DNA of 64,000 nucleotides from contig JAFSMS010000017.1 of the NCBI GenBank assembly GCA_017447815.1, positions 18,940-82,939 of the forward strand, read 5' to 3'. The notes under the pieces were generated by a model. That model did no database searches. It worked only from the letters and a program-made list of their open reading frames with translations, and had not been told where the DNA came from. This document shows, piece by piece, positions 27,416 through 36,940 of the stretch. A program made the translations under genes and the position numbers. Within the stretch, counting starts at the first letter, position 1, and each line of letters begins with the position of its first letter. The stretch comes from Bacteroidales bacterium. Lineage in GTDB: Bacteria; Bacteroidota; Bacteroidia; Bacteroidales; UBA932.

Positions 27416-28969
27416 ATGAAAAAGTTTGTGGCTGCTTTCGCCGCAGCATTTCTGATGCTGGTTTCCTGCACCCGGGGGGACAACGATCCCCGTCTTGTCA
27501 TCATTACGTTCGACGGCCTGCGCTGGCAGGAACTTTTCACCGGGGCCGATGCGTCCCTGGTGTCGAACCCCCGCTTCGTGAAAGATCCCGAGGCGCTCAA
27601 AGCCGCCTATTGGCGGGAGACCCCCGAAGCGCGCCGCGAGGCCCTGATGCCCTTTATCTGGAGCTATGCCCCGCAGCACGGATACCTCCTGGGCAACCGC
27701 GGCAAGGAGAGCCTGATGACGGTGGCCAACACCCATAACTTCTCCTACCCCGGCTACAGCGAGATGTTCTGCGGCTGGCCCGACGACGAGCGCATCAACA
27801 GCAACGACCCTACTCCCAATCCCAACACCAGCGTGCTGGAGGCGGTCAACCGGGATCCCCGTTACAAGGGCAGCGTCATGATGCTTTCCTCCTGGGAGAG
27901 CATCCGTTTCGCCGTCAACAATGACCGGGGCGGCTTCCCCGGCAGTTCCGCCCACGAACCGCTGTACCTGGACACGCCGATGGCCGGCATGATTCAGGAA
28001 ATCGACAGAATCCTGCCCGGTTTCGGTGGCGGGGAAAGGGCCGACCACACTACGGCCGCCTTTGCCCTGGAAACGCTTCGCGAGGCCCATCCGAAGGTGT
28101 TCTATGTGGGTTTCGGAGACACGGACGAGTATGCCCATGCCGGAGAGTATGACCGCTATCTGGCCGCGGCCAACTGGACGGACGGCTTTATCCGCAAGAT
28201 CGTGGAAACCTGCGAGGCCGATCCCTTCTACAAGGGAAAGACCACCTACATCCTCACCTGTGACCACGGCCGCGGCCGCGGGGGCAAGTTCACCGACCAC
28301 GGAGGAAACATCCGCCCTTCCCGCGAGACTTGGTTCATCGCTTTCGGCAAGGGTGTTCCCGTGAAGGGGGAAACCGTCCACAACGGCCCGTTCTATACCA
28401 AGCAGTTCGCCGCCACCATCGCTGACATCCTGGGCATCGAATTCACCCCGGACAATGGCGAAACGTGCGAGCCCTTCGACCCTGACTATTACGTCGAGCC
28501 TGAAAAACCGGTGGCATCGGCCAGTTTTGACGCCGTGAAGGCTACGCCCAAGGGGCAAGGTCTCCGCTACACATATTATGAGGGCGATATCATGAGCGTT
28601 CCCCAGATGCTGGCCTGCCCGGTGAAAGGAAAAGGAATCACGCCCGGATTAAGCACGGATGTCAAAAAGACGGAAGATCACTTCGGCATTGTGTTCGAGG
28701 GTCTTATGAAAATCGAAAAGGGCGGGATGTATCTTCTGTACACGGCCACCGACGACGGAAGCATCTTCTTCCTGGACGGGCAGAAACTCTTCGATATCGA
28801 CCGTGACGGCGGCGGATACGCAGAGGCCTGGGTGAACCTGGCGCCGGGCTATCACCGTATCTGCCTGCAATACTGGGAGAATTACGGCGGAGAGAACATA
28901 CAGATCGGGCTCGAAGGGGAAGGAATTGCCACTGAGAACCTTCCCGGCAACATGCTCTATTATGAGTAG
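27416..28969 (+). CDS. Alkaline-phosphatase-superfamily lipoprotein with C-terminal PA14 domain
   Basis: Lipobox LVSC; ITFDGLR, FSYPGY, GDTDEYAH, TCDHG; PA14 from about 28553. Confidence 0.85.
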   Translation: MKKFVAAFAAAFLMLVSCTRGDNDPRLVIITFDGLRWQELFTGADASLVSNPRFVKDPEALKAAYWRETPEARREALMPFIWSYAPQHGYLLGNRGKESLMTVANTHNFSYPGYSEMFCGWPDDERINSNDPTPNPNTSVLEAVNRDPRYKGSVMMLSSWESIRFAVNNDRGGFPGSSAHEPLYLDTPMAGMIQEIDRILPGFGGGERADHTTAAFALETLREAHPKVFYVGFGDTDEYAHAGEYDRYLAAANWTDGFIRKIVETCEADPFYKGKTTYILTCDHGRGRGGKFTDHGGNIRPSRETWFIAFGKGVPVKGETVHNGPFYTKQFAATIADILGIEFTPDNGETCEPFDPDYYVEPEKPVASASFDAVKATPKGQGLRYTYYEGDIMSVPQMLACPVKGKGITPGLSTDVKKTEDHFGIVFEGLMKIEKGGMYLLYTATDDGSIFFLDGQKLFDIDRDGGGYAEAWVNLAPGYHRICLQYWENYGGENIQIGLEGEGIATENLPGNMLYYE

Positions 28970-31796
28970 AAGCCCCTTCATATCGGCTCTGTTGGCTCTG
29001 GCTCTTGTTTCCTGCGCAGGGGAACAGGAGCCGGCCCGTCTTGTCAATGTCTTCAACGGATCAGGCTTTTCGGGGAATACCTACCCGGGCGCCACGCTTC
29101 CGTACGGCATGGTTCAACTGAGCCCGGACACCGATGCAAACTCAGCCTCCGGCTACCGGTATGCCGACAATAAGATCCAGGGATTCAGCCATAACCATCT
29201 CTCCGGGACCGGCTGTCCCGACCTCGGAGACTTCCTGGTGACCCCCGGAGTGGACAAAGTGGAACCGCTTCCGCTGGACCATCAGAACGAAACCGCCGCC
29301 CCCGGCTATTATAAAGTGACTTTCCCGGAAAAGGGGATTACGGCCGAACTCACCGCCACGGAACGCACCGGCGTACACCGTTACACCTTCAGCGGTCCGG
29401 GAAAGCGCCTGGTGAGCATCAACACCCTTTCCTGCGTAGGCGGCTGGTGCACCCCCACCGATACGGAAATCCGCGCGGAAGGGAAGGAAATCCTGGCTCA
29501 CCGCCGCGTGAACGGCTGGGCCGACAACCGCGATTCCTACTTCTCGGCCGTCTTTTCGGCCCCTTTCGTAAAGGCGGAAGAAACTTCCAAAGGCATTATG
29601 ACTTTCATTTTTGCCGATGATCTGAAGGAAGTGACGCTCTTCGCCGGCCTCTCCGGCGTTTCGGCCGAGGGCGCCCGCAAAAACCGCCTGGCCGAGACGG
29701 AAGGGGAAACCTTCGAAAGTACGCTGGCAAAGGCCCGGGAGACGTGGAACCGCGCCCTGAGCCGCATCCGCGTAAAAGGCGGCCCGGCCGATGTCTTCTA
29801 CACCAACCTCTACCACACCCTCATCACCCCCAACCGGATTGACGACGTGGACGGCTGGTACCGGGACCAATCGGCCCAGAACAGGCAACTGGCCGAAGGG
29901 CATCATTTCTATTCCACGCTCTCCCTCTGGGATACCTTCCGCAGTTGGAATCCGCTCCAGACCCTGATGGCCCCGGACATGGTGGCCGATATGGTGAATA
30001 GCATGCTGGACCAGTATCGCTGCCGGGGAGAACTGCCCATCTGGCCGCTCGCCAGCGACGAGACCGGCTGCATGATAGCTTACCACAGCGTGTCGGTGAT
30101 AGCCGACGCCTGGCTTCGCGGCATCCGCAGTTTTGATGGCGAGAAGGCCCTGGAGGCCATGATTGTTTCTTCCAACATGAACAACGCCAACGCCTCGGAA
30201 CTGTACAACGCCTTCGGCTACATTCCGGCCGACATGAAGGTGGAATCCGTGTCCCAGACGCTGGAATTCTGCTACGACGACTGGTGCATCGCCCGCATGG
30301 CGGAGTCCCTGGGCCATGCCGATATCGCGGCGGAGTATGACAAGCGTTCCCTTCGCTACCGCGCCCTCTACGACCCCAACACCGGTTTCTTCCGCGGCAA
30401 GAAGGCCGACGGCAACTGGGTGGAACCGCTGGAACCGCTGCTTCGCAGCCGCGACTTCACGGAGGCCTCGCCCTGGCATTACCGTTTCTTCGTTCCGCAC
30501 GACATGGCCGGCCTCCAGGCCCTGATGGGCGGCCGGGAGCCGCTGTACGCCGCACTGGACTCCTTGTTCACCTACAAGCCCGAGGGGCAGAAGTCGGTGG
30601 ACGAAGGAATCGGCGGCATCATCGGCCAGTATGCCCATGGCAATGAACCCAGCCACAATATGGCCTGGCTGTTCAACTTCGTGCAGGCCCCTTCCCGTAC
30701 GCAGGAGGTGGTGCGCCAAATCCTTACCCAGCTTTACACCACCGCACCGGACGGCATCTGCGGCAATGAAGACTGCGGCCAGATGAGCGCCTGGTATGTG
30801 CTGGCGGCCCTGGGCCTGTATCCCGTGTGCCCCGGTACCGGCGAGTACCAACTGGTGGCTCCGCTCTTCAAGGAAATCACGGTGGAACTCGGAAACGGCA
30901 ACACCCTGGTCATCAAGGCCGACCATCCGGAACGTGCCTATGTCTCGGACGTCACGCTGAACGGAGCGCCGGTGCAGCGGAATTTCCTCACCTATGAGGA
31001 GATTATGGCCGGCGGCACCCTGGAGTACAAACTGTCGGCCCGCCCGGACCCTGGCCGTGACAACCTGTCGGCCGGCTATTCCCTCACGCACGAGGAAGTG
31101 GTGTGTCCGGTGGCCATCCTGGGAGACATCATCCTTTTCCCGGAAGAGGCTCAGATTACCCTCAGTACCCGTACGGAAGGGGCTGCCATCCATTATACTC
31201 TGGACGGCAGCGAACCCACGGAGGAGAGCGCCCTCTACACCGGGCCTTTCACCCTCCGGGAATCGGCCCCCATCCGTGCGCGGGCTTTCAAGGAGGGGAT
31301 GGAGCCGTCCTTTGTGACGTCCCGCACGGCGCACAAGCTCCTTTTCCATGCGGCCGCAGACCGCACGGGCATGAAGCCGGGCTGCCGTTACACTTACCAT
31401 GCCGCCAACTTCGTGGCGCTCAGGCAGATTGAGGAAGATCCGGCCGAGGCTACCGGCACCATGCCGTCCCCGTCCATCGCGGGTGCCCCGGACGAGGACC
31501 ATTTTGCCTATTGCTTCTACGGGTACATCGATATTCCGGAAGACGGAATTTGGTCGTTCTATACCAAGAGCGACGACGGCAGTTCCCTCTCCATCGACGG
31601 AACTCTGGTGGTGGGGAACGACGGCTCCCACAGTGCGGTGGTGGCCACGGGCCGTATCCCGCTCCAGAAAGGCCTGCATGCCTATAAACTCCTTTATTTT
31701 GAAGATTACGAAGGGCAGTACCTGGAATGGGGCTGGAAAGCCCCCTCGGCCCAGGAGTACTCGCCCATTCCCGCCAACCGCCTTTTTTACCGATAA
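28962..31796 (+). CDS. GH92 alpha-mannosidase with chitobiase-C/Fn3-like and PA14 domains
   Basis: PGATLPYGMVQLSPDT, VSQTLEF, FTEA, HGNEPSH, GNEDCGQMSAWY; IHYTLDGSEPT; SDDGS...NDGSH. Start MSRSPF at 28962. Confidence 0.92.
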   Translation: MSRSPFISALLALALVSCAGEQEPARLVNVFNGSGFSGNTYPGATLPYGMVQLSPDTDANSASGYRYADNKIQGFSHNHLSGTGCPDLGDFLVTPGVDKVEPLPLDHQNETAAPGYYKVTFPEKGITAELTATERTGVHRYTFSGPGKRLVSINTLSCVGGWCTPTDTEIRAEGKEILAHRRVNGWADNRDSYFSAVFSAPFVKAEETSKGIMTFIFADDLKEVTLFAGLSGVSAEGARKNRLAETEGETFESTLAKARETWNRALSRIRVKGGPADVFYTNLYHTLITPNRIDDVDGWYRDQSAQNRQLAEGHHFYSTLSLWDTFRSWNPLQTLMAPDMVADMVNSMLDQYRCRGELPIWPLASDETGCMIAYHSVSVIADAWLRGIRSFDGEKALEAMIVSSNMNNANASELYNAFGYIPADMKVESVSQTLEFCYDDWCIARMAESLGHADIAAEYDKRSLRYRALYDPNTGFFRGKKADGNWVEPLEPLLRSRDFTEASPWHYRFFVPHDMAGLQALMGGREPLYAALDSLFTYKPEGQKSVDEGIGGIIGQYAHGNEPSHNMAWLFNFVQAPSRTQEVVRQILTQLYTTAPDGICGNEDCGQMSAWYVLAALGLYPVCPGTGEYQLVAPLFKEITVELGNGNTLVIKADHPERAYVSDVTLNGAPVQRNFLTYEEIMAGGTLEYKLSARPDPGRDNLSAGYSLTHEEVVCPVAILGDIILFPEEAQITLSTRTEGAAIHYTLDGSEPTEESALYTGPFTLRESAPIRARAFKEGMEPSFVTSRTAHKLLFHAAADRTGMKPGCRYTYHAANFVALRQIEEDPAEATGTMPSPSIAGAPDEDHFAYCFYGYIDIPEDGIWSFYTKSDDGSSLSIDGTLVVGNDGSHSAVVATGRIPLQKGLHAYKLLYFEDYEGQYLEWGWKAPSAQEYSPIPANRLFYR

Positions 31797-34250
31797 ATGA
31801 TGATGAAAAGAATAGTCCTGCTCTGCACCCTGGCCCTTTTCCCGCTGGCTGTCCTTGCACAGGCCGACCGGGAGGCTTACTATCGGGAAATCCTGCGGCA
31901 GATGACGCCGGAAGAGAAAGCCTATCTGCTGATGGGTGATGGCGGGGTTCCCCGCCTGGGCGTTCCCGAGTTCGGCATGGATGACGGCGCCCGGGGACCG
32001 CACAGTTGGGACGGGTCCACCGGCTTCCCTTGCGGTCTGGGCCAGTCATCGGCCTGGAATCCGGAGCTGATGTTCCGGGCGGGGCAGGTGATGGCAGAGG
32101 AACTTCGGGCCATGGGTAAGACGGTCCTGCTGGGCCCCGGCGTCAATATCCTGAGGGATCCGCTGGGAGGAAGATTTTTCGAGTATTACACGGAAGACCC
32201 TTATCTGAACGGTGCCATGGCGGTCCCGATGGTGCAGGGCCTTCAGAGCCTGGGCGTTGCCGCCTGCCTCAAGCATTATGCCTGCAATAACCGGGAGTCC
32301 AACCGGAACTTCTACTATTCCATTGTCGATGAACGCACGTTGCACGAGATTTATCTGCCTGTTTACAAGGCGGCGGTGCAGAAGGGACATGCCTGGAGCA
32401 TCATGACATCGGCCAACGGCATCAATTTCGAGTTTGTGAGCGACAGCCGGAAGATGCTGACGGACATTCTCAAGAACCAGTGGGGCTTCGAGGGCTTTGT
32501 CATCACCGACTGGCTGCAGACCCGCACCACCGAAAAGGCTATATCGGCCGGGCTGGACAAATCCATGCCGGGCTGGGAGGAATGTCTCTACGGGACGGCG
32601 CTGCTGGAGGCGCTGAAAAAAGGCACGGTCCGGGAGAGTTTCATGGACGACAAGGTGCTTCGCATTCTCCGCATTTGCGACCGGGTGGGCCTCCTGGAGG
32701 GCTCTCCCGCCAAGGTGCCCTCAGGCTGCAAAATCCTTACGCCGGAACATGTGGCGGTGGCGCGGGAGATGGCGCAGGAAAGCATGGTGCTCCTGAAAAA
32801 TGAAGGAGGACTGCTGCCGCTGGACCCCAGCAAGGTGCACCGCATTCTGGTAACGGGGCCCAACGCCACCCTGAGAACCTGCGAAATCGCCATGGGCGGC
32901 AGCTCCTGGATGTATTCTCCGGGCGAAGTGACCATCCTGGACGGCCTTCGGAAAACATACAGGAAAGTGGACTGGTTTGATTGGAAGAGCCTGGGCGGTT
33001 TCCGTGAAATCGAAGCCCCCGTGCGTGCCCGTTACTATAAGAAAGGTTTGGAAGAGCCCGCTGTCGAGCGCACGGAGGACGGCATCAACTTCATGTGGGA
33101 AATGCGGTCTCCGGACGCTTCCATCCCGGTGCAGGATTGGACCGAGGCGCGCTTCGACTTCACTTTTAAGGCTCCGGCCGATGGAAAATACACTTTCCGT
33201 TTCACTTCCGGCGGAGGCCATGTGAGTGCCTACAACGGTGCCTGGGAAGGTGCTCCGGTGGTCTTTATCCGGGGAGACCAGAAGATTGCCGGGACCCCCA
33301 TGGGTACGGTGGACCTCAAAAAAGGACAGGACTACCATCTTTGCATCATTTATGAAAAGACGGAAGGGGACGCCTCCCTCCATGTGGAATACTCCACTCC
33401 GGAATCGGAAGGGGCTCCTGCCCGCCTGACTGCTCTGGAAAAGGCGGCCAGAAAGGCCGATGCCGTGATTTTCGTCGGCGGGCTGGACATGAACTTGGAT
33501 ACCGAAGGCCGGGACAGAATTACGATGCTGTTCCCTCAGTTGCAGCAGGAAGCCATCCTGCGGCTGGTGAAGGCAAATCCCCGCACGGTGGTCACTCTCA
33601 TGAACGGCTCTCCGGTAGAGCTGGGAGGCTGGCTTCCGGAAGCCCCGGCCGTCCTGGAAGCCTGGTACGGCGGAATCGAGGCCGGAACGGCCGTGGCCGA
33701 TATTCTTAGCGGGAAAGTGAACCCCAGCGGCCACCTGACCTTCACCTGGCCCAAGCATTATGAGGATACACCCATCCGGCGGCTGGGCTGGGAGAACCAG
33801 GACCTGATTTATTTCACGGACAGCCTGAACGTGGGCTACCGCTATTACGACAGCAAGGGCGTGGAGCCGGAATTCCCCTTCGGCCACGGCCTCAGCTATA
33901 CTTCGTTTGATTATGGAAACCTGCGGGTGGAAAAGGAGGGCGACGCCGCTTTCCGGGGAAGCCTGACGGTGCGCAATACCGGCTCCCGCGACGGCAAGGA
34001 GGTGGTGCAGGTCTATATCCGCCCGCTGGAGCCGTCCGTGGAGCGTCCCGTGCATGAACTGAAGGCATTCTGCAAGGTGGAAGTTCCCGCAGGGGGCTCC
34101 GCTGAGGCCACCTTCACCCTGGATCCGGACGCCTTTTCCTTCTACGATGTCACGCTTCCCGGCTGGCGGGTGGACCCTGGCCGATATGTGATTGAAATCG
34201 GCCGGGATTCCCGGCATATCGAATTGACCGAAACCGTAGTTGTACAATGA
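31797..34250 (+). CDS. GH3 beta-glucosidase-like enzyme with inserted PA14 domain
   Basis: GRFFEYYTEDP, KHYACNN, WGFEGFVITDW (nucleophile Asp), SMVLLKN, TEGRDR, FPFGHGLSYT, Fn3-like tail. Confidence 0.93.
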   Translation: MMMKRIVLLCTLALFPLAVLAQADREAYYREILRQMTPEEKAYLLMGDGGVPRLGVPEFGMDDGARGPHSWDGSTGFPCGLGQSSAWNPELMFRAGQVMAEELRAMGKTVLLGPGVNILRDPLGGRFFEYYTEDPYLNGAMAVPMVQGLQSLGVAACLKHYACNNRESNRNFYYSIVDERTLHEIYLPVYKAAVQKGHAWSIMTSANGINFEFVSDSRKMLTDILKNQWGFEGFVITDWLQTRTTEKAISAGLDKSMPGWEECLYGTALLEALKKGTVRESFMDDKVLRILRICDRVGLLEGSPAKVPSGCKILTPEHVAVAREMAQESMVLLKNEGGLLPLDPSKVHRILVTGPNATLRTCEIAMGGSSWMYSPGEVTILDGLRKTYRKVDWFDWKSLGGFREIEAPVRARYYKKGLEEPAVERTEDGINFMWEMRSPDASIPVQDWTEARFDFTFKAPADGKYTFRFTSGGGHVSAYNGAWEGAPVVFIRGDQKIAGTPMGTVDLKKGQDYHLCIIYEKTEGDASLHVEYSTPESEGAPARLTALEKAARKADAVIFVGGLDMNLDTEGRDRITMLFPQLQQEAILRLVKANPRTVVTLMNGSPVELGGWLPEAPAVLEAWYGGIEAGTAVADILSGKVNPSGHLTFTWPKHYEDTPIRRLGWENQDLIYFTDSLNVGYRYYDSKGVEPEFPFGHGLSYTSFDYGNLRVEKEGDAAFRGSLTVRNTGSRDGKEVVQVYIRPLEPSVERPVHELKAFCKVEVPAGGSAEATFTLDPDAFSFYDVTLPGWRVDPGRYVIEIGRDSRHIELTETVVVQ

Positions 34251-34264
34251 TAAACCCTATATCC

Positions 34265-36940
34265 ATGAGAAAAATTGCAATCCTGGGCCTTCTGCTGGCC
34301 GCCTTCACCGCCGCAGCGCAGCCGCAGCTGCGTAGTGACAATATAGAAGAAGTCCTTCAGGCGATGACCCTGGAGGAGAAGGCCTCGCTCCTGGTGGGAA
34401 CCAGTTCCGACAACCTGGTGCCCGGCCTGGCCGGCGGTACCCGGGCCATTCCCCGGCTGGGCATTCCCCAGACCATCTTCTCCGACGGTCCTGCCGGCGT
34501 GCGCATCGACCCCGAAAGGGACCCCGCCCACACGGTGGCTACGGGTTTCCCCGTTGGAACGCTCCTTGCCAGCTCCTGGGATACAGACCTGGTGGAACGC
34601 ACGACGGCCGTCCTCGGAAATGAGGTGCTGGAGTACGGCGTGGATGTGCTGCTGGCCCCCGGCATGAACATCCACCGCAATCCGCTCTGTGGCCGCAACT
34701 TCGAGTATTTCAGCGAAGACCCTCTTTTGAGTGGAAAGATAGCGGCGGCTTATGTGCGCGGCATCCAGAGCAACGGCACCGGTACTTCCATCAAGCACTA
34801 TGCGGTCAACAACCAGGAAACCAACCGTTCCGAAAACGACGCCCTGGTGAGCCGCCGGGCCCTCAGGGAAATCTATCTCAAGAACTTCGAGATTGCCGTG
34901 AAGGAGGGAAAGCCCTGGACGGTGATGAGCTCCTACAACAAGCTCAACGGCAACTATACCCAGCAGGATTACGACCTCCTGACCACCGTCCTCCGCGACG
35001 AATGGGGCTATGACGGCATTGTGATTACCGACTGGGGAAACAAGGATAATACCGTGCAGTCCGTGAAGGCCGGCAACGACCTCATGGACCCCGGTTCCGA
35101 CGTGGAAATCCGGCGTATCCTGGCCGGTGTCCGCGGCGGCAGCATCTCCATGGAAGAGCTGGACCGCAATGTGCGCCGCGTCCTGGAATATGTGGTGAAG
35201 ACCCCCCATTTCCGGAAGTATGCCTACTCCAGCCATCCCAACCTGGAAGCCCATGCCCTCACGGCCCGCGAGGCGGCATCGGAATCCATCGTCCTTCTTC
35301 GCAACCAGCATAACACACTTCCGCTCAAGGGCACGGAGAGAGTGGCCCTGTACGGAGTTACCAGCGAGGATTTCATCGCCGGCGGCACCGGTTCCGGTGA
35401 AGTGACCAAGCCCTATGTGGTCACCATGACGCAGGCGCTGGAAGCAGCCGGATTCACCCTGGACCCCGGCCTCAAGAAGTACTACTCCCTGGAGGCCAAG
35501 GCCTTGAGGACCCGCTTCAATATCGAGCCCGTGGAAGACAACGAATACCGCGAGGAACCCCGGCTCACCGCATCGGCTATCGGTTTCCAGGCTTCTCTGG
35601 ACGATGTGGCCGTGGTGGTGCTGGGACGCCAGGCCGGCGAAGGAAAGGACCGCCATGTGGAGAACGATTTCGAACTTTCCGCCACCGAGCGGGAACTGCT
35701 GGTGAACCTGCACAAGGCCTATCACCCCAGAGGAAAGCGGGTGGTGGTGATTCTCAACGTGGGCGGAGTGGTGGAAACCGCTTCCTGGAAGCATCTGGTG
35801 GATGCCATCGTGCTGCCCTGGTCTCCCGGGCAGGAGGGTGCCAACGCCATCGCCGACATCCTGACGGGCAAGGTGAACCCTTCCGGCAAGCTCCCCATGA
35901 CCTTCCCGGGCAGCTTCGTGGACATCCCCTCATCGGCCGATTTCCCCTACGACTACGACCCCCTGGCCCCTTATCATGCCAAGGAGAATGTGGACTTCAC
36001 CGTTTACTCGGAAGATATCTGGGTGGGCTACCGCCATTACCTGACCACCGGTACGGAGGTGTCCTATCCCTTCGGCTACGGCCTCAGCTATACCACCTTC
36101 GCCTATTCCAAGCCGGTGGTGAAGGCCGGGGCCGATGGCTTCACCGCCTCCGTCACCGTTACCAATACGGGCGCCGTGGCCGGTAAGGAAGTGGTCCAGC
36201 TCTATGTGGACGCTCCCTCCGGCGGCATGGAGAAACCGGTCTATGAACTCAAGTCCTTCGCCAAGACAAAACTTTTGCAACCAGGTGAAAGCCAGGTGCT
36301 TACCATGACGGTGGACAACTACTCCCTGGCCTCTTTCAATGAAAGCACATCGGCCTGGGAAACCGCGGAAGGGGAGTACAAGGTGCTCTTCGGGGCATCC
36401 AGTGCCGATATCCGCACCACCGGTTCCTACAAACTCAAGAAGGCCCTTTTCTGGCCCGTGCACGATGTCCTCAGGATGCAGGGCGGGGAGTATTTCCCGG
36501 CCGTGGAGGATGCCGTTCCTGCCGGAGAGGGACTCCGCTACAGTTATCGGGAAGGCGGATACATGAGCGTGGACGGCTTCCTGTCCGCTCCTGAGAAGCG
36601 CTCCGGCATCACGCCCGTCATCACCGCTGCGCTCAAGGAGCAGGACGACCATTTCGGCCTTATTTTCAAGGGCCTTATGAAAGTGGAACGGGACGGCCTG
36701 TACCGCCTTTCCCTCCGCTCCGACGACGGTTCGAGCCTTGTTCTGGACGGCAAGAATGTCCTGAATCTGGACCGGGACGGCGGCGGATACGAAGAAGTTT
36801 GGCTCATGCTGGAAGCCGGCTACCACCGTCTGGAAGTGGGCTTCTGGGACAATTTCGCCGAGGAATACATCGAAGTGGGCCTCAAGGGCCCCGGCATTTC
36901 CGTTTACAATCTTCCCGCTTCCATGCTCTATTATGAATAA
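34265..36940 (+). CDS. GH3 beta-glucosidase-like enzyme with appended C-terminal PA14 domain
   Basis: DGPAG, GRNFEYFSEDP, KHYAVNNQE, WGYDGIVITDW, GEGKDR, YPFGYGLSYT; PA14 from about 36494. Alternative start at 34247. Confidence 0.93.
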   Translation: MRKIAILGLLLAAFTAAAQPQLRSDNIEEVLQAMTLEEKASLLVGTSSDNLVPGLAGGTRAIPRLGIPQTIFSDGPAGVRIDPERDPAHTVATGFPVGTLLASSWDTDLVERTTAVLGNEVLEYGVDVLLAPGMNIHRNPLCGRNFEYFSEDPLLSGKIAAAYVRGIQSNGTGTSIKHYAVNNQETNRSENDALVSRRALREIYLKNFEIAVKEGKPWTVMSSYNKLNGNYTQQDYDLLTTVLRDEWGYDGIVITDWGNKDNTVQSVKAGNDLMDPGSDVEIRRILAGVRGGSISMEELDRNVRRVLEYVVKTPHFRKYAYSSHPNLEAHALTAREAASESIVLLRNQHNTLPLKGTERVALYGVTSEDFIAGGTGSGEVTKPYVVTMTQALEAAGFTLDPGLKKYYSLEAKALRTRFNIEPVEDNEYREEPRLTASAIGFQASLDDVAVVVLGRQAGEGKDRHVENDFELSATERELLVNLHKAYHPRGKRVVVILNVGGVVETASWKHLVDAIVLPWSPGQEGANAIADILTGKVNPSGKLPMTFPGSFVDIPSSADFPYDYDPLAPYHAKENVDFTVYSEDIWVGYRHYLTTGTEVSYPFGYGLSYTTFAYSKPVVKAGADGFTASVTVTNTGAVAGKEVVQLYVDAPSGGMEKPVYELKSFAKTKLLQPGESQVLTMTVDNYSLASFNESTSAWETAEGEYKVLFGASSADIRTTGSYKLKKALFWPVHDVLRMQGGEYFPAVEDAVPAGEGLRYSYREGGYMSVDGFLSAPEKRSGITPVITAALKEQDDHFGLIFKGLMKVERDGLYRLSLRSDDGSSLVLDGKNVLNLDRDGGGYEEVWLMLEAGYHRLEVGFWDNFAEEYIEVGLKGPGISVYNLPASMLYYE

